Source of the DNA: Camelus dromedarius
Lineage: Eukaryota
Reading direction: 5' to 3'
Assembly (NCBI RefSeq): GCF_036321535.1
Contig: NC_087472.1
Location: forward strand, 94,428,001-94,492,000
DNA length: 64,000 nt
Positions 52,150-64,000 of the stretch are shown here, piece by piece (the stretch's first letter is position 1; the number at the start of each line of letters is the position of its first letter). The position numbers and the translations under genes were made by a program. Under the pieces are notes generated by a model. That model ran no database searches. It was not told the DNA's origin and saw nothing but the letters and a program-made list of their open reading frames with translations.

Positions 52150-53172
52150 TTTTTTTTAAAAATTACAGGTTAATTGAGAAAAATCCACATACCATCTAGC
52201 ACACCTATTTAAGTTGTACAAGTCAATTTTTTTTATGTGCAGCCATTGACACAATTTTAGAAGAGTTTTAGCAACTTAAAGTAACCCCTATACCCTTTAG
52301 CTCTCATGCCTTATCACCCTCACTATTAAGACCTGGATTTTCCTATTTGAACATTTCATAAAAATTGAATTATTTAGTATGTGATCTTTTGTGACTGCCT
52401 TGCTTCACTTAGCATAATGTTTTCAAGGTTCACTCATGTAACATATCTCAGATCTTTATTCCACTTCATGACTGAGTGCTTTTCCATTGTATGAATATAC
52501 TGTGTTTTATTTATCCATTCATTCTTTGATGGATATTGGGTTGCTTCCACCATTTGGCTATTAATAATACTGCTGTAAACATTGTGTACAAATTTTTGTT
52601 TGAACCCTTCTTTTCAATAATTTTGGATATATACTGAAAATATATAGCAGTACAATTGCAGGGTCACATGGTAATTTTATATTTACGTTTTTGAGGAATT
52701 GCTAAACTGTTTTCCATAGAAGCTGTACCTTTCTGTATTCTCACCAGGAAAGTCTGAGGGTTTCAATTTCTCTGTATCCTCACCAACACTTGTTATTTTC
52801 TTTTTATTGTAGCCATCTTAGTGGATGTGAAGTGGTATCTCATTGTGGTCATATGATAAGTGTATGTGTCATGTCCTATCTCAGTATTTTTGAGTCTGTT
52901 CCTTTTTGTTATAGTGACTAGTTTGTTTTATTTTTTTAGATTTCACATATAGCTAATAACATACAGCATTCATCTTTCTCTGTCTGACTTATTTCACTAA
53001 GCGTAATACCCTCCAAGTCAATCCATGCTGTTGCAAATGGCAAACTTTCATTCTTTTTTTATGGCTGAGTGATACTCCATCTTCTTTATTCATTCATCTG
53101 TTGATTGATCCTTAGGTTGCTTCCATATCTTGGTGATTTTAAATAATGCTGCTGTGAACATTGGGGTGCATA
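52150..53172 (-). mobile_element. Two adjacent antisense L1 fragments (L1MB-like 52150-52850; younger 52890-53172)
   Basis: Repeated 'cttcacttagcataatg / ttatttcactaagcgtaatacc' 3'UTR motifs. Confidence 0.8.
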
Positions 53173-54774
53173 TAAGATATCACATGTTTAATACAAATTT
53201 TATTATTTGTTTCTGGTCTTCCCGTGATTCCTCTTTACTTACCTGAGTTTACTGGCCCCTCTAATACTTGATTTGTATATTGTATCTTTATAGAATATTT
53301 TAACATATGTATTGGTGAAAGTATCCTTTCATTTTATTTTGAATATTTTATTTTCCATTCTTATGTATTTATAATTTTCTATGAACTTTATAAGGTTCTA
53401 AAAAGTCCTTTGCAGATTTTAATTTGAATTATACTAAAAGTAGAGTTCATTATAAAAAATTGACATTAAAATACTGTTTCTGTCTAATAAAAGATTCTTG
53501 GTACCTTTTATTTAAAAATGTTATGTTCAATAAAATGTTCTTACTTTCTTCATAGATGCTTTATCTATTTATTATAATGTATATGTATAACTATTGGTAA
53601 AATGATTATTCTTTAATTGAAATTGCTGATATATAGAAAAAACATTAATTTAAAAAATGTGTATACACTTTATTGAATAGTCTGATCATTAGATACTAGG
53701 TTATTCTCCTGTGAGGCTATCCCATCACATGAAAAATGTAATGATTATACCCGTACATTTTCAGTGACCATAATTGTTCTCTTATCAAATCTAACTGAAT
53801 TTACTTGAACTTCTAGAAGAAAAAGAGTTACTTAATAATATTAAGAGTGAGAATCATTTTTCTCCATATATGAGAATTGCTATAACATAACTATACTAAT
53901 TAGAATTTGAGTCATAACTTGGCAGTGGATAATGTTTAACATAAGAAAAAAGTTAAGTTTGATATGTTGGACTTTAACAAATAAATTTTCAGCATATTTT
54001 GAGAGAAACATTTTCTTTCCTAATATAATAATGTATAAAATTCTTTAATACAGCTATATTTGAGTTATCTAATTTAACTAATATTTTATGAATTGAGATA
54101 TTACTTAGATATCATAATTGCATTAAGGTAATTTTCTATGTTATTATGTTAGAAGAGAGATAAGATTCTCTCAAAATGCTGAAAAATTATTTGTAATTCA
54201 AGCAATGGCCTATACTTGATGATAATGACCTTTAAAATATACTACTGTTTTTCATGTGTTAGTACTTTGAGAATTTCCAATGATTTCTAAACGCTATTGG
54301 TTCACATTTTACTATTCTGAATTATCTTTTACAGGATTTGTTAGGAGGATTTTACATGTTTGTAAAATAAAGTAGGTGGGTTGCAATCATTTCAAAATTC
54401 CTGGAAATGGTTTATTTAGAATAGAGTATAACTAGGTCCTTTAAACATGAAAAGCATTCTCTTAAGTTTAATATTTTCTTCTCATAGTTTGATAGTATAG
54501 TATTGAAAGTCATTTGACTGTATTTTCCTTCAAGCACTTTATTATTTCCCTGAATACTGTATAATCTTGTTTTCTATCTTAAACTGAAAATATATACCAT
54601 ATATTATAGTACCAACTCAGAAATCCGAGAATGAGGGCTAATTTATTTATTTATTTGTCTATCTATATAGCATTCCAATTACCTAACAAGGCCACAATAA
54701 CATGACAAGCATAATTATGTAAAGAAAAAAGGACCTATTATGGCATCTTAATAGCCATGAGACCACGAATATGT

Positions 54775-54928
54775 TTATCTCTGAGTCTTATCTTTCTCAT
54801 TTGCAAAGTGGGAATGATAGTAAATCTAGCATCACATCATTATTAAAAGCTTAAAATAATATACTGAATACAAGTCTCCTGCATACTGTCTAGAGTTCAG
54901 GAAGTACTAAAAAATGACAGTTGTTATT
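54775..54928 (+). mobile_element. MIR remnant
   Basis: 'tctctgagtcttatctttctcatttgcaaagtgggaatgatagta'. Confidence 0.6.
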
Positions 54929-56135
54929 CTTGGTTATTGGTTTATAAAATTATGAATGGATAAATTGATGAATAAATGAATAGAAGTGTAAAATAGATAA
55001 AATTCCACTATGTCACATTCTTTTGCTATTCTGAAAGAGCTAGTACGTTACTTTTGCAAACCTCATCAGTAAAAATAATCCCATTTTCACAAATAGTATG
55101 ATTCAATGATGGTGACATTATAACTGTACTACCTCTAAAAAACATTAAAAAAGTTAAACCATTGCAAATTTAGTGTGCTAGATATGTACCCTGTTCTATA
55201 GGATGACTGTAAAAGATTCGCATGCATTTTCAAATTGCATACTGAATGATCGGTACTCCGCATTAAATTTAAATGATAGAGTTGACATTTGCGTTGGCTG
55301 AGTCATAAAGAATATTATACTAAAATTCAGCCCAGAATGTAGACATAAAGTTGTGATTTATTGGCTTTTTTTGTGGGTTCTTGCTGTAATAATAATCATA
55401 GGCTCAGTGATATAAAGATTTTGGAGGGTGGTGAGCAAGTAGCCAGTATATTTGTGTACCAGTTCTCCCAATTAGGCACTTAAGTGAAATTTCCATTATA
55501 ATGTGTTTTTTAACCTGTAACTAAACACAATTAGGTCTATTAAAAGGTATGAAACTAGAGCCTTCTTGAAGGCAGGTCTTGGGTTTGCCCTTATTTTATT
55601 TTTTCCTTTTGAACATCTAATTCAGTTCCTTGTACATGATAAGTGCTCAGTTGTTAAAATAAAGATTAAGGGTCATAAAAGACTTTTATTGTTTCTTTAA
55701 AACCTAAAGTTGGAAAGCTATCACTGAAAATTGTTGAGAAACATGACAGCTGGAACTAGACCACATGACTGTTGCAAAATTTGTTCTGGTACCACTGTAA
55801 CCGCTGTGAAGTTGTCACCACTTCCCAAGGGTAGAGGAAACAGCAGCCAGGAGCCAAAGAGGACAGATTTGAGGTGGCAGAACTCTGGCAAAGGTCGTGA
55901 CAGGACGGGGCTGCCGCCTCTGCTTAGATAGTTGTCTACAAGAGGCCTTGCTAATCTCAAGTCCCATGGCTCCCTTGGGAGTCACTGGAGGTATGTGGCG
56001 GCCATCAGAGTCCCAGAGAGAAGGTTGCCTATTACCTTGATACATAGAAGTTTCTTCTTACTTCCCTCACTTTTCCCCTCCTCCCTTCCTTCCTTAACTC
56101 ACTTTCATACTCAGAGAAAAAAGAAAGCATGCCTA

Positions 56136-56300
56136 ACAACAAGGTCCTACTGTATAGCATGGGGAACTGTATTCAACAGCTTGTTATAACCTGTAATGAA
56201 AAAGAATAGATACGTATAACTGGATCACTCTGCTGCACACCAGAAACTAACACAACATTGTAAATCAACTCTACTTTAATTAAAAAAAAAAAAGAAAAAA
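56136..56300 (+). mobile_element. Short L1 3'-end stub
   Basis: 3'UTR terminus plus poly(A). Approximate TSD aaaagaaagcatgccta / aaaagtaaacatgccta. Confidence 0.85.
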
Positions 56301-58041
56301 AAGTAAACATGCCTACCTCTCCCATCTTCCACCTCCATATTAAATATATTCTCAATTATTTTTCAAATATCAGGGTATATATCAATGATATTTATATTGC
56401 CTGGTAACAAATTAAATATTCTTTATGAAAGATGGAATTGGGGATGGGAGACATGGATATTTTACTGGCATAGTCGTTACCTCTACTTATGTAACGGAGC
56501 ATCAACAGTCGTCTATAATTTATGTAACAGAGAAAATGAGATCTGAATATATTATTGAAAGTTATATTGACTTGAAATTCCAGTTTGAAGGTGGTGGTGT
56601 AAAACCAGGATTCCTTTTTCTTATCCTTTGAAATCATCCATAAGTAACAAGGGGAACTAGAAATGAAAATGTAAACTCCATTTTTATTTTTGTTTTTATT
56701 GGATCAAGGAGACAACTAACTAACCCTAGTCCATAAAATAAACTGAAGGCATATCATGTACCATGGAGTTCAGGCATAGGCAAAAGCAAGAAGTAGCTTA
56801 GCTCCACATCCCAGAAACAGCCAAGAAGCCTGAGAGGTCTACTGTGAGGCACGATACCTCGGCAAGAACAGGAACTAAGAATGTGGGCTCTGATAGGAGT
56901 GTTTCAGTATGTAGTTCAAGTTCAAGAATATCAGGAGTCAGAACTAAATATGTCATCATCACTGCATTTTATATGATAAGAAAAAATTGGGGGAAAAAAC
57001 CCAAAATGTGCATCCGTAAGGATTAATAAACATTGATATTCCTGTCTATACAATGGAATACCATAAGCTGGATAGAGAAGTCTTTACCAGTGCATACGGA
57101 ATAGTCTCTACAATATAGCATTAAATGAAAATAAGATTCAGAAGGGTGAGTTATCGCTATAATTTTTGTAAAAGTTAATATTAGGGTGTATTTGTCTATA
57201 TATGAAGAAAGATATCTGGAAGGATATTGAAGAAAAGGAAACAAAATTCTAACAAAACCAATGATAGAACTAAAAATAATAAAGCTACCCAAACTTAGAA
57301 GTGGGAACAGGGGAAAGATAGTAGGTGACTTGAATGAAATGTTTCTTCTTTCATTCTAGGGTAAATTGAGATTTTCAAAAACTAAGTTACTGAGAAGTCT
57401 CACTTAGCAGTTAGGTGACAGGAAAACAGTCCCCCTCCCCCACCCCACATACAACTAAGAGCAAAAAGATTTTGAAGTAATAAGCCCTAGGATTGAGACG
57501 GTTAGTTTCCTCTCACTGCTGAATAAGGGTCTAGATGCTGATAATTCATAACTCGTGATAATTCATAGACACGCAATGTCAAAGTCCATGTAGATTTTTT
57601 TTTTTTTAAACATTTAGTGCTACTTACAACTTATTCCTAGCTGAGCAATCAAAGCTTCTGGGAAGTAAACTCCATTAGCTGTTAAGAGTTTAATCTAAAT
57701 ATATCTCTCTATAAGATCACCAAATTGAATCTGGAAGATCTAACTCTCCTTGAATGAAATGACAGTTATCAGTTCAGATCTTGGTGTTCGGAACCTATGA
57801 AGCTTTTTGACCAGGTGGGATACTCAAGGCAGAGATCACCAAGAGCTTAAACTATTATTGAGTAAATTTGAATAGAGTGTTGAGTGATAAAATTTCTGGG
57901 AATCTGAGCCCTCCTGTGGAAGTGGGCACAAAAGCACTCACTCTGTGAAATTGGGGGTATTGTGGGCAGGGTATATGGACAAGACAAAGAAAGTGCTGTT
58001 TCTTGTTTTGAGGGAAATAAATCATCCACAATTCTATAGTG

Positions 58042-58383
58042 CAGTGGTTCTCCACACTAGGTATTGGAATCATCAAGGAAGCTTTTTAAAAACACTGATG
58101 CCTAGATACCAACTTCAGAAACTGATGTAATTGGTCAGGGAAACAGTCAAGGTATTGTTAGATTTTAAATTTCTCCAGGTGATTCCATTGTGAAGCTAAT
58201 TGTACCCTATTATGTTAGGGCAGTGGTTCCCAAAATTTGCTCATGTTAGAATAGTCTGGAAAGCTTTTAAATATTCTGATGCCCTGGTCTTATCCAAGAT
58301 TGATTAGCTTGGAAAGTCTCAGTATGGGAGTCAGTAATCAGTATTTATATGATCCAAAGGTGATTCCAATTTTGGAACCACTG
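58042..58383. mobile_element. Two adjacent MER5-type hAT MITEs
   Basis: 'cagtggttctcc...ccaggtgattcc' (58042-~58200) and 'cagtggttccc...ggtgattccaattttggaaccactg' (58221-58383). Confidence 0.75.
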
Positions 58384-58399
58384 ATTAGACAAGTAAAGA

Positions 58400-58760
58400 A
58401 AGCATGATGGGACATTACTTGCCATTGCTGGCTTTGAAAACGAAGGAACAAGACCACAAGCCAAGGAAAGCTGAATCCTCTAGAAGCTGGAAACAGCCCT
58501 CAGCTGTCAGCCAGCAAGGAAATAAGACTTCAGCCCTACAAGTGCAAGGAACTGAGTTCTGCCAATAATTCAGAGAGAAAGAAAAGGATTCTCCCCTAGA
58601 GTCTCCAGGAAGGAAAGCAGCCCTGCCATCACCTTGATTTTAGCCCAGTAAGACCCATGTCAGACTTCTGACCTCCAGAACTGTCAGAAAATAAATTTGT
58701 GTTGTATGAAGCTACTAAATTTGTGATAATTTGTTAAGACAGTAATAGGAAACTAGAACC
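58400..58760 (+). mobile_element. MLT1D-like LTR, 3' part
   Basis: 'ttgctggctttgaaaacgaagg...cagacttctgacctccagaactgtcagaaaataaatttgtgttg'. Confidence 0.85.
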
Positions 58761-58764
58761 AAAG

Positions 58765-60065
58765 GCCATAGTGTGATGTCGGTACAGGACTAGACAATGT
58801 AATCAATGGAGTGAAATAGAGTCCAGAAATAGATCCATCTATATAATAATTTATTCTGTGAGAAAAAATGACATTTTAAATTATGAGAGGAAGCACAGGG
58901 TATTTCATAGAGTTAAGGCCAATTGACTATTGAGGGGAAAATGTTGATACTTTTCCCTTTAGAAAAATAAATTCAAAATGAAACACAAAGGTTAATAGAA
59001 AACATCAGGGAATATGTTTATGATCTTTGGTTACAAAATGTATTTGTAAGCAGACACAAACAGCAAAAAACTTGAAGAAAAAGAATGAAAAATGTGACTT
59101 CATTAAAATTAACTGTATACAGGAAAAAAGAAAGTAAACAATTTTGAATAATTGAAGGGGAAGAGAGGAAGCAGATAGATAGATAGATTCTATATTATTT
59201 AAGGAATTATTACAAATCAAAAAGGAAGACAGAAGCAAATAAATGGAGGCAAAAAATAACAAGAGAATCAAAGAAGGGATAATTTAAGTTACAAAGTAAT
59301 ACGTGAAGTGAGATTCAATCGGATCAGTCATCACAAAAGGGCAAATTAAAAGTAGCAATGAGGTTATTCTCAACCATTGGCTTGTCAGTCATTCAGAAAT
59401 TAGAAAATATGTATATTGACAAGGACTCCGTATTCAGACTCCAGGGAAAGGGTGTGCTCCTATAATCCTGTTGTGTGTACCTAAGTCCAAATAATGTGAA
59501 AGATGTATTCTGTTACAGGATATATTAGAAATAAAATGATGCAGAAATTTTAAGTTTTTGTATTTTAGAAAAGAAAATGCACATAAACATGAAGAGGATT
59601 CTATGCATCGATGTTCATTTCCATATTGTTCTCAATAAAAACTACTTACCAGACCATCAAAAATAGTATAGCTCACTTAACTGGGGTATATCCGTCTCAT
59701 GGAGTGCCATGCAGGATTTAGAATAAATGGCTAAAATGTATGACACAGGCAGAATTTCAACATATTACTCAGAGACAAAACATGTTGAAAAATGATATAA
59801 CATATGGAAGATACACCAAAAAAACAGTACTGTGATTTTCTGTGAGTGAAAAAGAGATGTTTTTGCAATATATGGCTCAAGTTCCAGTATGTTATATAGC
59901 AAACTTACAGGACTGGTTACCTCTAGGAAAGGAGGGGTGGACGTGCAGAAGAGTCAGAAAAACCATCCAGAAAAGGTAGTCAGAGGGCACTTTTACCTTC
60001 TTTGGAGAATTTAAAATATTTATAAAGAGGATATATTCATATGCTACATGTGCAATCATAAATTA
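58765..60065 (+). mobile_element. Ancient L1ME-like ORF2 C-terminus and 3'UTR remnant
   Basis: 'atcaatggagtgaaatagagtccagaaatagatccatc' and 'gcaaattaaaagtagcaatgag'; highly diverged. Confidence 0.6.
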
Positions 60066-60884
60066 AGTAAAAATCCTCCATTCACTCTAGCTGTGTATTT
60101 ACAGATATTGACAACATTATCCTGTACCATCTAGAAAAAGAGTTTCATAAAACATTTTTTCTACCCAGAGATAAGTATTTCTTCACTTAAGGGACCTGAT
60201 AATTATGTTTTCCTTTCTTCCATAAGATAAGCTATGTAACTTTCCATCACATTTTTGCCACAAGCTCTAAGAATTTTGGAGTCACATTCATGGCTCAAAA
60301 TTCAGTATGCAAATTGTCCAAATTTCTAGAATTCCACAGTATCTGTTATCTGATATTTAACTTTATCAGAACCATCTTTTAGATAGAGAAGGGCCTTATT
60401 GTAAGGTTTTTAACACTTCCCACATACCTTATCTATAGGCTATCTCTTTGAGGAGGAGACTCAAAAAAAGGATTTTTGTAATAATGTAATAAATGAATAG
60501 ACCAACAAATATATCATTAGGAAATTGAGTAGGAAGTAAGCAACAATGTAGACATGATAAGTAGTCAAACAGTCATCAAATAGTTGAAGGGATTGTCATT
60601 TTGAAAATAAAATGAGGAAGACTTTGTTTTGAAGAAAACCTAATTTCAGTGAGCTGAAGATATAGAGATGCAGATTTCACCTCTTATTTCCCTCCCAGCT
60701 ATAATCAAGCCAACTCTCTCCCTCTTTTAGATCTTTGTCGTGTCAACTGTCACCTCAGTGAGTTATACTCTAACCAGCTATTTACAATTCCAGTCTCTCT
60801 TTGAACCACCTCCCTCTTGCACTCCCCTTATCCTGTTCTTGTTTCATTTTCTTCTTTCTTCATAAAACTTACCAGTTTTAATAT

Positions 60885-61102
60885 TCTGTCTGGTTCAGTG
60901 TAGTTCCACTACCCACATGTGGCCTTTAAAATACAAAGTTTCATTAATTAAGTGTAAATACAATTTCTAAAGTATTTATTCAGTAGCACTAGCTATGTTC
61001 TCAGTGCTCAATAGCCACATATAGTTACTGTCTACCGTATTGTACACTGTATGTATTACAGGACATTTCCATAATTGCAGAAAGTCAAATAGGACAGCAC
61101 TG
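60885..61102. mobile_element. MER3-like hAT MITE
   Basis: 'gtgctcaatagccacatatag...acatttccataattgcagaaagtcaaataggacagcactg'. Confidence 0.8.
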
Positions 61103-62093
61103 TACTGTATAATTTGTATTTACTGCCATTCAACTAGGATGCACGCTCCATAAAGGCATGCCCTGAGAACACAGTAGACCTTCAATAATATTTATTGAAT
61201 GAATGAAATGTAGGAACATAATGAGAAGTTATGATAAGAATAACATATTAAGCAATCTGAACTTGACTAGATTGTATACAGCACACACTCCATAGTACTC
61301 AGTAGACACGCAGGAAAACTAGGAGATTTAGAATGAGAAATCTGAAAATCCTGAAAAGAAAAACTATTTTTCTAAGGTCATTGTAATGGAATGAATATTG
61401 ACGAGTCTGATTTATGTCTCCCTGAAATAAAGAATTTGATAAACCCGCCAGGTGGATGTCAAGTTTGACTGAGAATTCTTAGCAGTGAGTTTGGAGATAG
61501 TCAGATTTGAAAATCATGGCAGAGATTTGATTTAAGTACCCTGAGAATATGAGCTTATCAAATGAGTCTATGCCGGTAGAAAGTAGAGGAAAGTTGAAAA
61601 CAGAATGTTGAGAAACACACCAAATGTTAATCAAGAAGGAATTTTTTCCTTGTTTTTTTAGGTGCAGATTTCAAAAAGCCCTTTGGAATAAAGACAACTT
61701 TATTCTGTTAACAAAATTGCATTATACAAACGTGACCACAATAAAAAATTAGAAGATGTGTTTCCATCACAGTTAGTAAATGAGTATCTCTAATTGAGTT
61801 AGTTTCTTATCATTAACAATATACAAAGAGAAATATTCATGTGCACCATTTTTTATTTGGCTATTTAATAATTTTAGCAGTACATTTTAGTTCTGTTTAT
61901 TCTTTAATAATCTTATTCCTAGACACTCTTAGGCATATTCTTTAAGAAATTGGCCATACTTCATATCAAATCAGTGTGAAAATAGAGGGTATTTTAATAA
62001 ATGAATATATAAGATCTACCTCAGCAGAAATATGAGAGGCCCTTACTTGTTAGTGTATAGTGGGGTATATGTTTGTATATATGTATGTATGTA

Positions 62094-63667
62094 TTTTTAT
62101 TGAAATATAATTGACATGTAACATTTTGTAAGTTCAAGGTGTACAATGTGTTGATTTGGCACATTTGTATATTGCAATATGATTACCAATGTAGCATTAG
62201 CTAGCACTTCCATCATGTCACATAATTACAGTTTCTTTTTTATGGTGAGAACAATGAAGATCTAGTCTCTTAGCAATTTTACAGTTTATAATACAGTATC
62301 ATTGACTATAATCACTATGCTGTGTATTGGATCCTAAGCACCTATTTATCTACTAGTTTCTAGTTTGTACCCTTAAACAACATCTCCCCAATTTCCCACA
62401 GGCCCAGTAACCACCATTCTACTCTGTTTTTATAAATTCATTTTTTAAAATTCCATATGATGTCATATAGTATTTGTCTTTGACATGTCACTTGCATAAT
62501 ACCCTCAAGTTCCATCCATGTTGCCACAAATAGCAGGATTTCCTTCTTTTTTAAGCCTGAATAATATTCCACTGTATATGTCTTTGCTATCCTTTCATCC
62601 ATTGAGGGATGCTTAGGTTTTTTCCATATCTTGGTTATTGTGAATATTGCTGCCATAAACATGGGCGTGCATACATTTCTTTGATATCCTGTTTTCATTT
62701 CCTTTGCATATATATCCAGAAGTGGGATTGCTGAAGCTGTATATCAAATAAGGGGTTGATAGCCAAAATGTATAAAGAATTCACACAACTCAATCACAAA
62801 ACCCCAAAAATCTGATTTAAAAATGCACAGAGGAAATGAATCAACATTTTTTCCGAAGAAGATATCCAAATGGCCAACAAGTACATGAAAAGATTCTCAA
62901 CATCACTAATCATCAGGGAAATGAAAGCAAAACCACAATCAGCTGTCACCTCACACCTGTTACTATGGCTGTTATCAAGGAGACAAGGAATTAGACTCAG
63001 AGGTATTATGTTTAGTGAAATAAGCCAGACAAAGAAAGACAAATACTCTACGTTATCGCCTATATGTGGACTCTAAAAAAGAAAACAAACTAGTGAATAT
63101 AACAAAAAAGAAACAAACTCACAGATATAAACAACTAATGGTTACCAGTGAGAAGAGGAAAGGGAGAGAGGCAAAACAGGAGTATGGGATTAAGAGGTAC
63201 AAACTACCATGTATAAATAAGTTACAAGGGTATATTGTACAACATGGGGAATAGAGCCAATATTTTACAACAACTATAAATAGAGTATAACCTTTAAAAA
63301 TTATGAATCACTCTATTGTACACCTGTAACTTATATAAAATTGTACATCAACTTTACTTCAATAAAAGAATTTAAGAATAAGTAAATAAAATAAGCTATC
63401 AGGGTATATTGTACAGCACAGGGAACATAGCCAATATTTTATATTAACTGTAAATGGAATATAATCCTTAAAAATTGTGAATCAGTATGTTGTACACCTG
63501 AAACATAATATTGTAAATCAACTCTACCTCAATTAAAAAAAAAAAGACAAGATAACAAATGTTGGCAAGGATGTGGAGAAAAGGGAATCCTTGTGCACTG
63601 TTGGTGGGAATTTAAACTGGTTCAGCCACTTTGGAAAATAGTATGGAGGTTCCTCAAAAAATTAAAA
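62094..63667 (-). mobile_element. 5'-inverted L1 (antisense 62094-62733; sense 62734-62987 and 63552-63667)
   Basis: The sense part ends 'cctcaaaaaattaaaa', just upstream in ORF2 of where the antisense part begins ('tcagcaatcccacttctgg'). Confidence 0.8.
62988..63544 (+). mobile_element. Nested L1 3'UTR insertion(s) with two successive 3' termini
   Basis: Flanked by agacaag at 62981-62987 and 63545-63551. The 3'-terminal ~150 bp occurs twice (~63213-63367 and ~63388-63544) as diverged copies. Confidence 0.8.
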
Positions 63668-64000
63668 GTATTGTATAATGTTTTTATTAACATTTGAGGG
63701 AATTTTCTGGCATTAAAAGCAAGAAAACTTCTCTGATATGTACACTTTATATATTCTGGATAGCACTATTTTGTTACACATACAACTTGCAGATAATTCT
63801 CCAGGTCTGCAGTTTACCGATTTTCTTAATTGTGTCTTTTGATGAGCAAAAGTTTTGATTTTGATGAAATCTAAAGTAAAAATTTTTTAATCTATTATGG
63901 TTTTTTCCCCTGTGTCTTAGCTAAGAAAACTTTGCTTATTCCTATAAGATATTCTCCTATGTTTTCTTTATAAAGTTTTATATGTTTAGCTTTTTCATAG

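Noticed and set aside
1..64000. Processed pseudogene of a cellular gene, numt or non-retroviral endogenous virus
   Set aside because: No translated segment resembled a cellular, mitochondrial or non-retroviral protein that I recognise. BLASTX of the repeat-masked sequence is needed to exclude this fully.

Overview
AT-rich, CpG-poor mammalian non-coding DNA (intergenic or deep intronic). I can support no protein-coding exon, functional RNA gene or CRISPR array. Every ORF I can recognise is a frameshifted LINE-1 ORF2 remnant or an ERV-L pol remnant. The young repeats are tRNA-Ala-derived vic-1-type SINEs and cetartiodactyl-type L1 3' ends; I saw no Alu, BovB/Bov-tA, PRE1 or Can-SINE. This points to a camelid genome (inference). 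The window is a layered transposon record: many L1 fragments, MaLR/ERVL/ERV1 LTRs, DNA-transposon MITEs, MIR and L2. The most notable structures, each bounded by target-site duplications (TSDs) visible in the sequence, are: (1) a chimeric retrocopy in which a young L1 ends in the 3' end of an ancient L1 family; (2) an apparent L1-mobilised polyadenylated LTR transcript; (3) a young-looking solo ERV1 LTR nested in an old MER21 LTR; (4) two twin-primed (5'-inverted) L1s. A few repeat-poor islands are candidate enhancers. I found no convincing new multi-gene system. Repeat subfamily names come from recall of consensus sequences, not a database search, and ends without a TSD are approximate.
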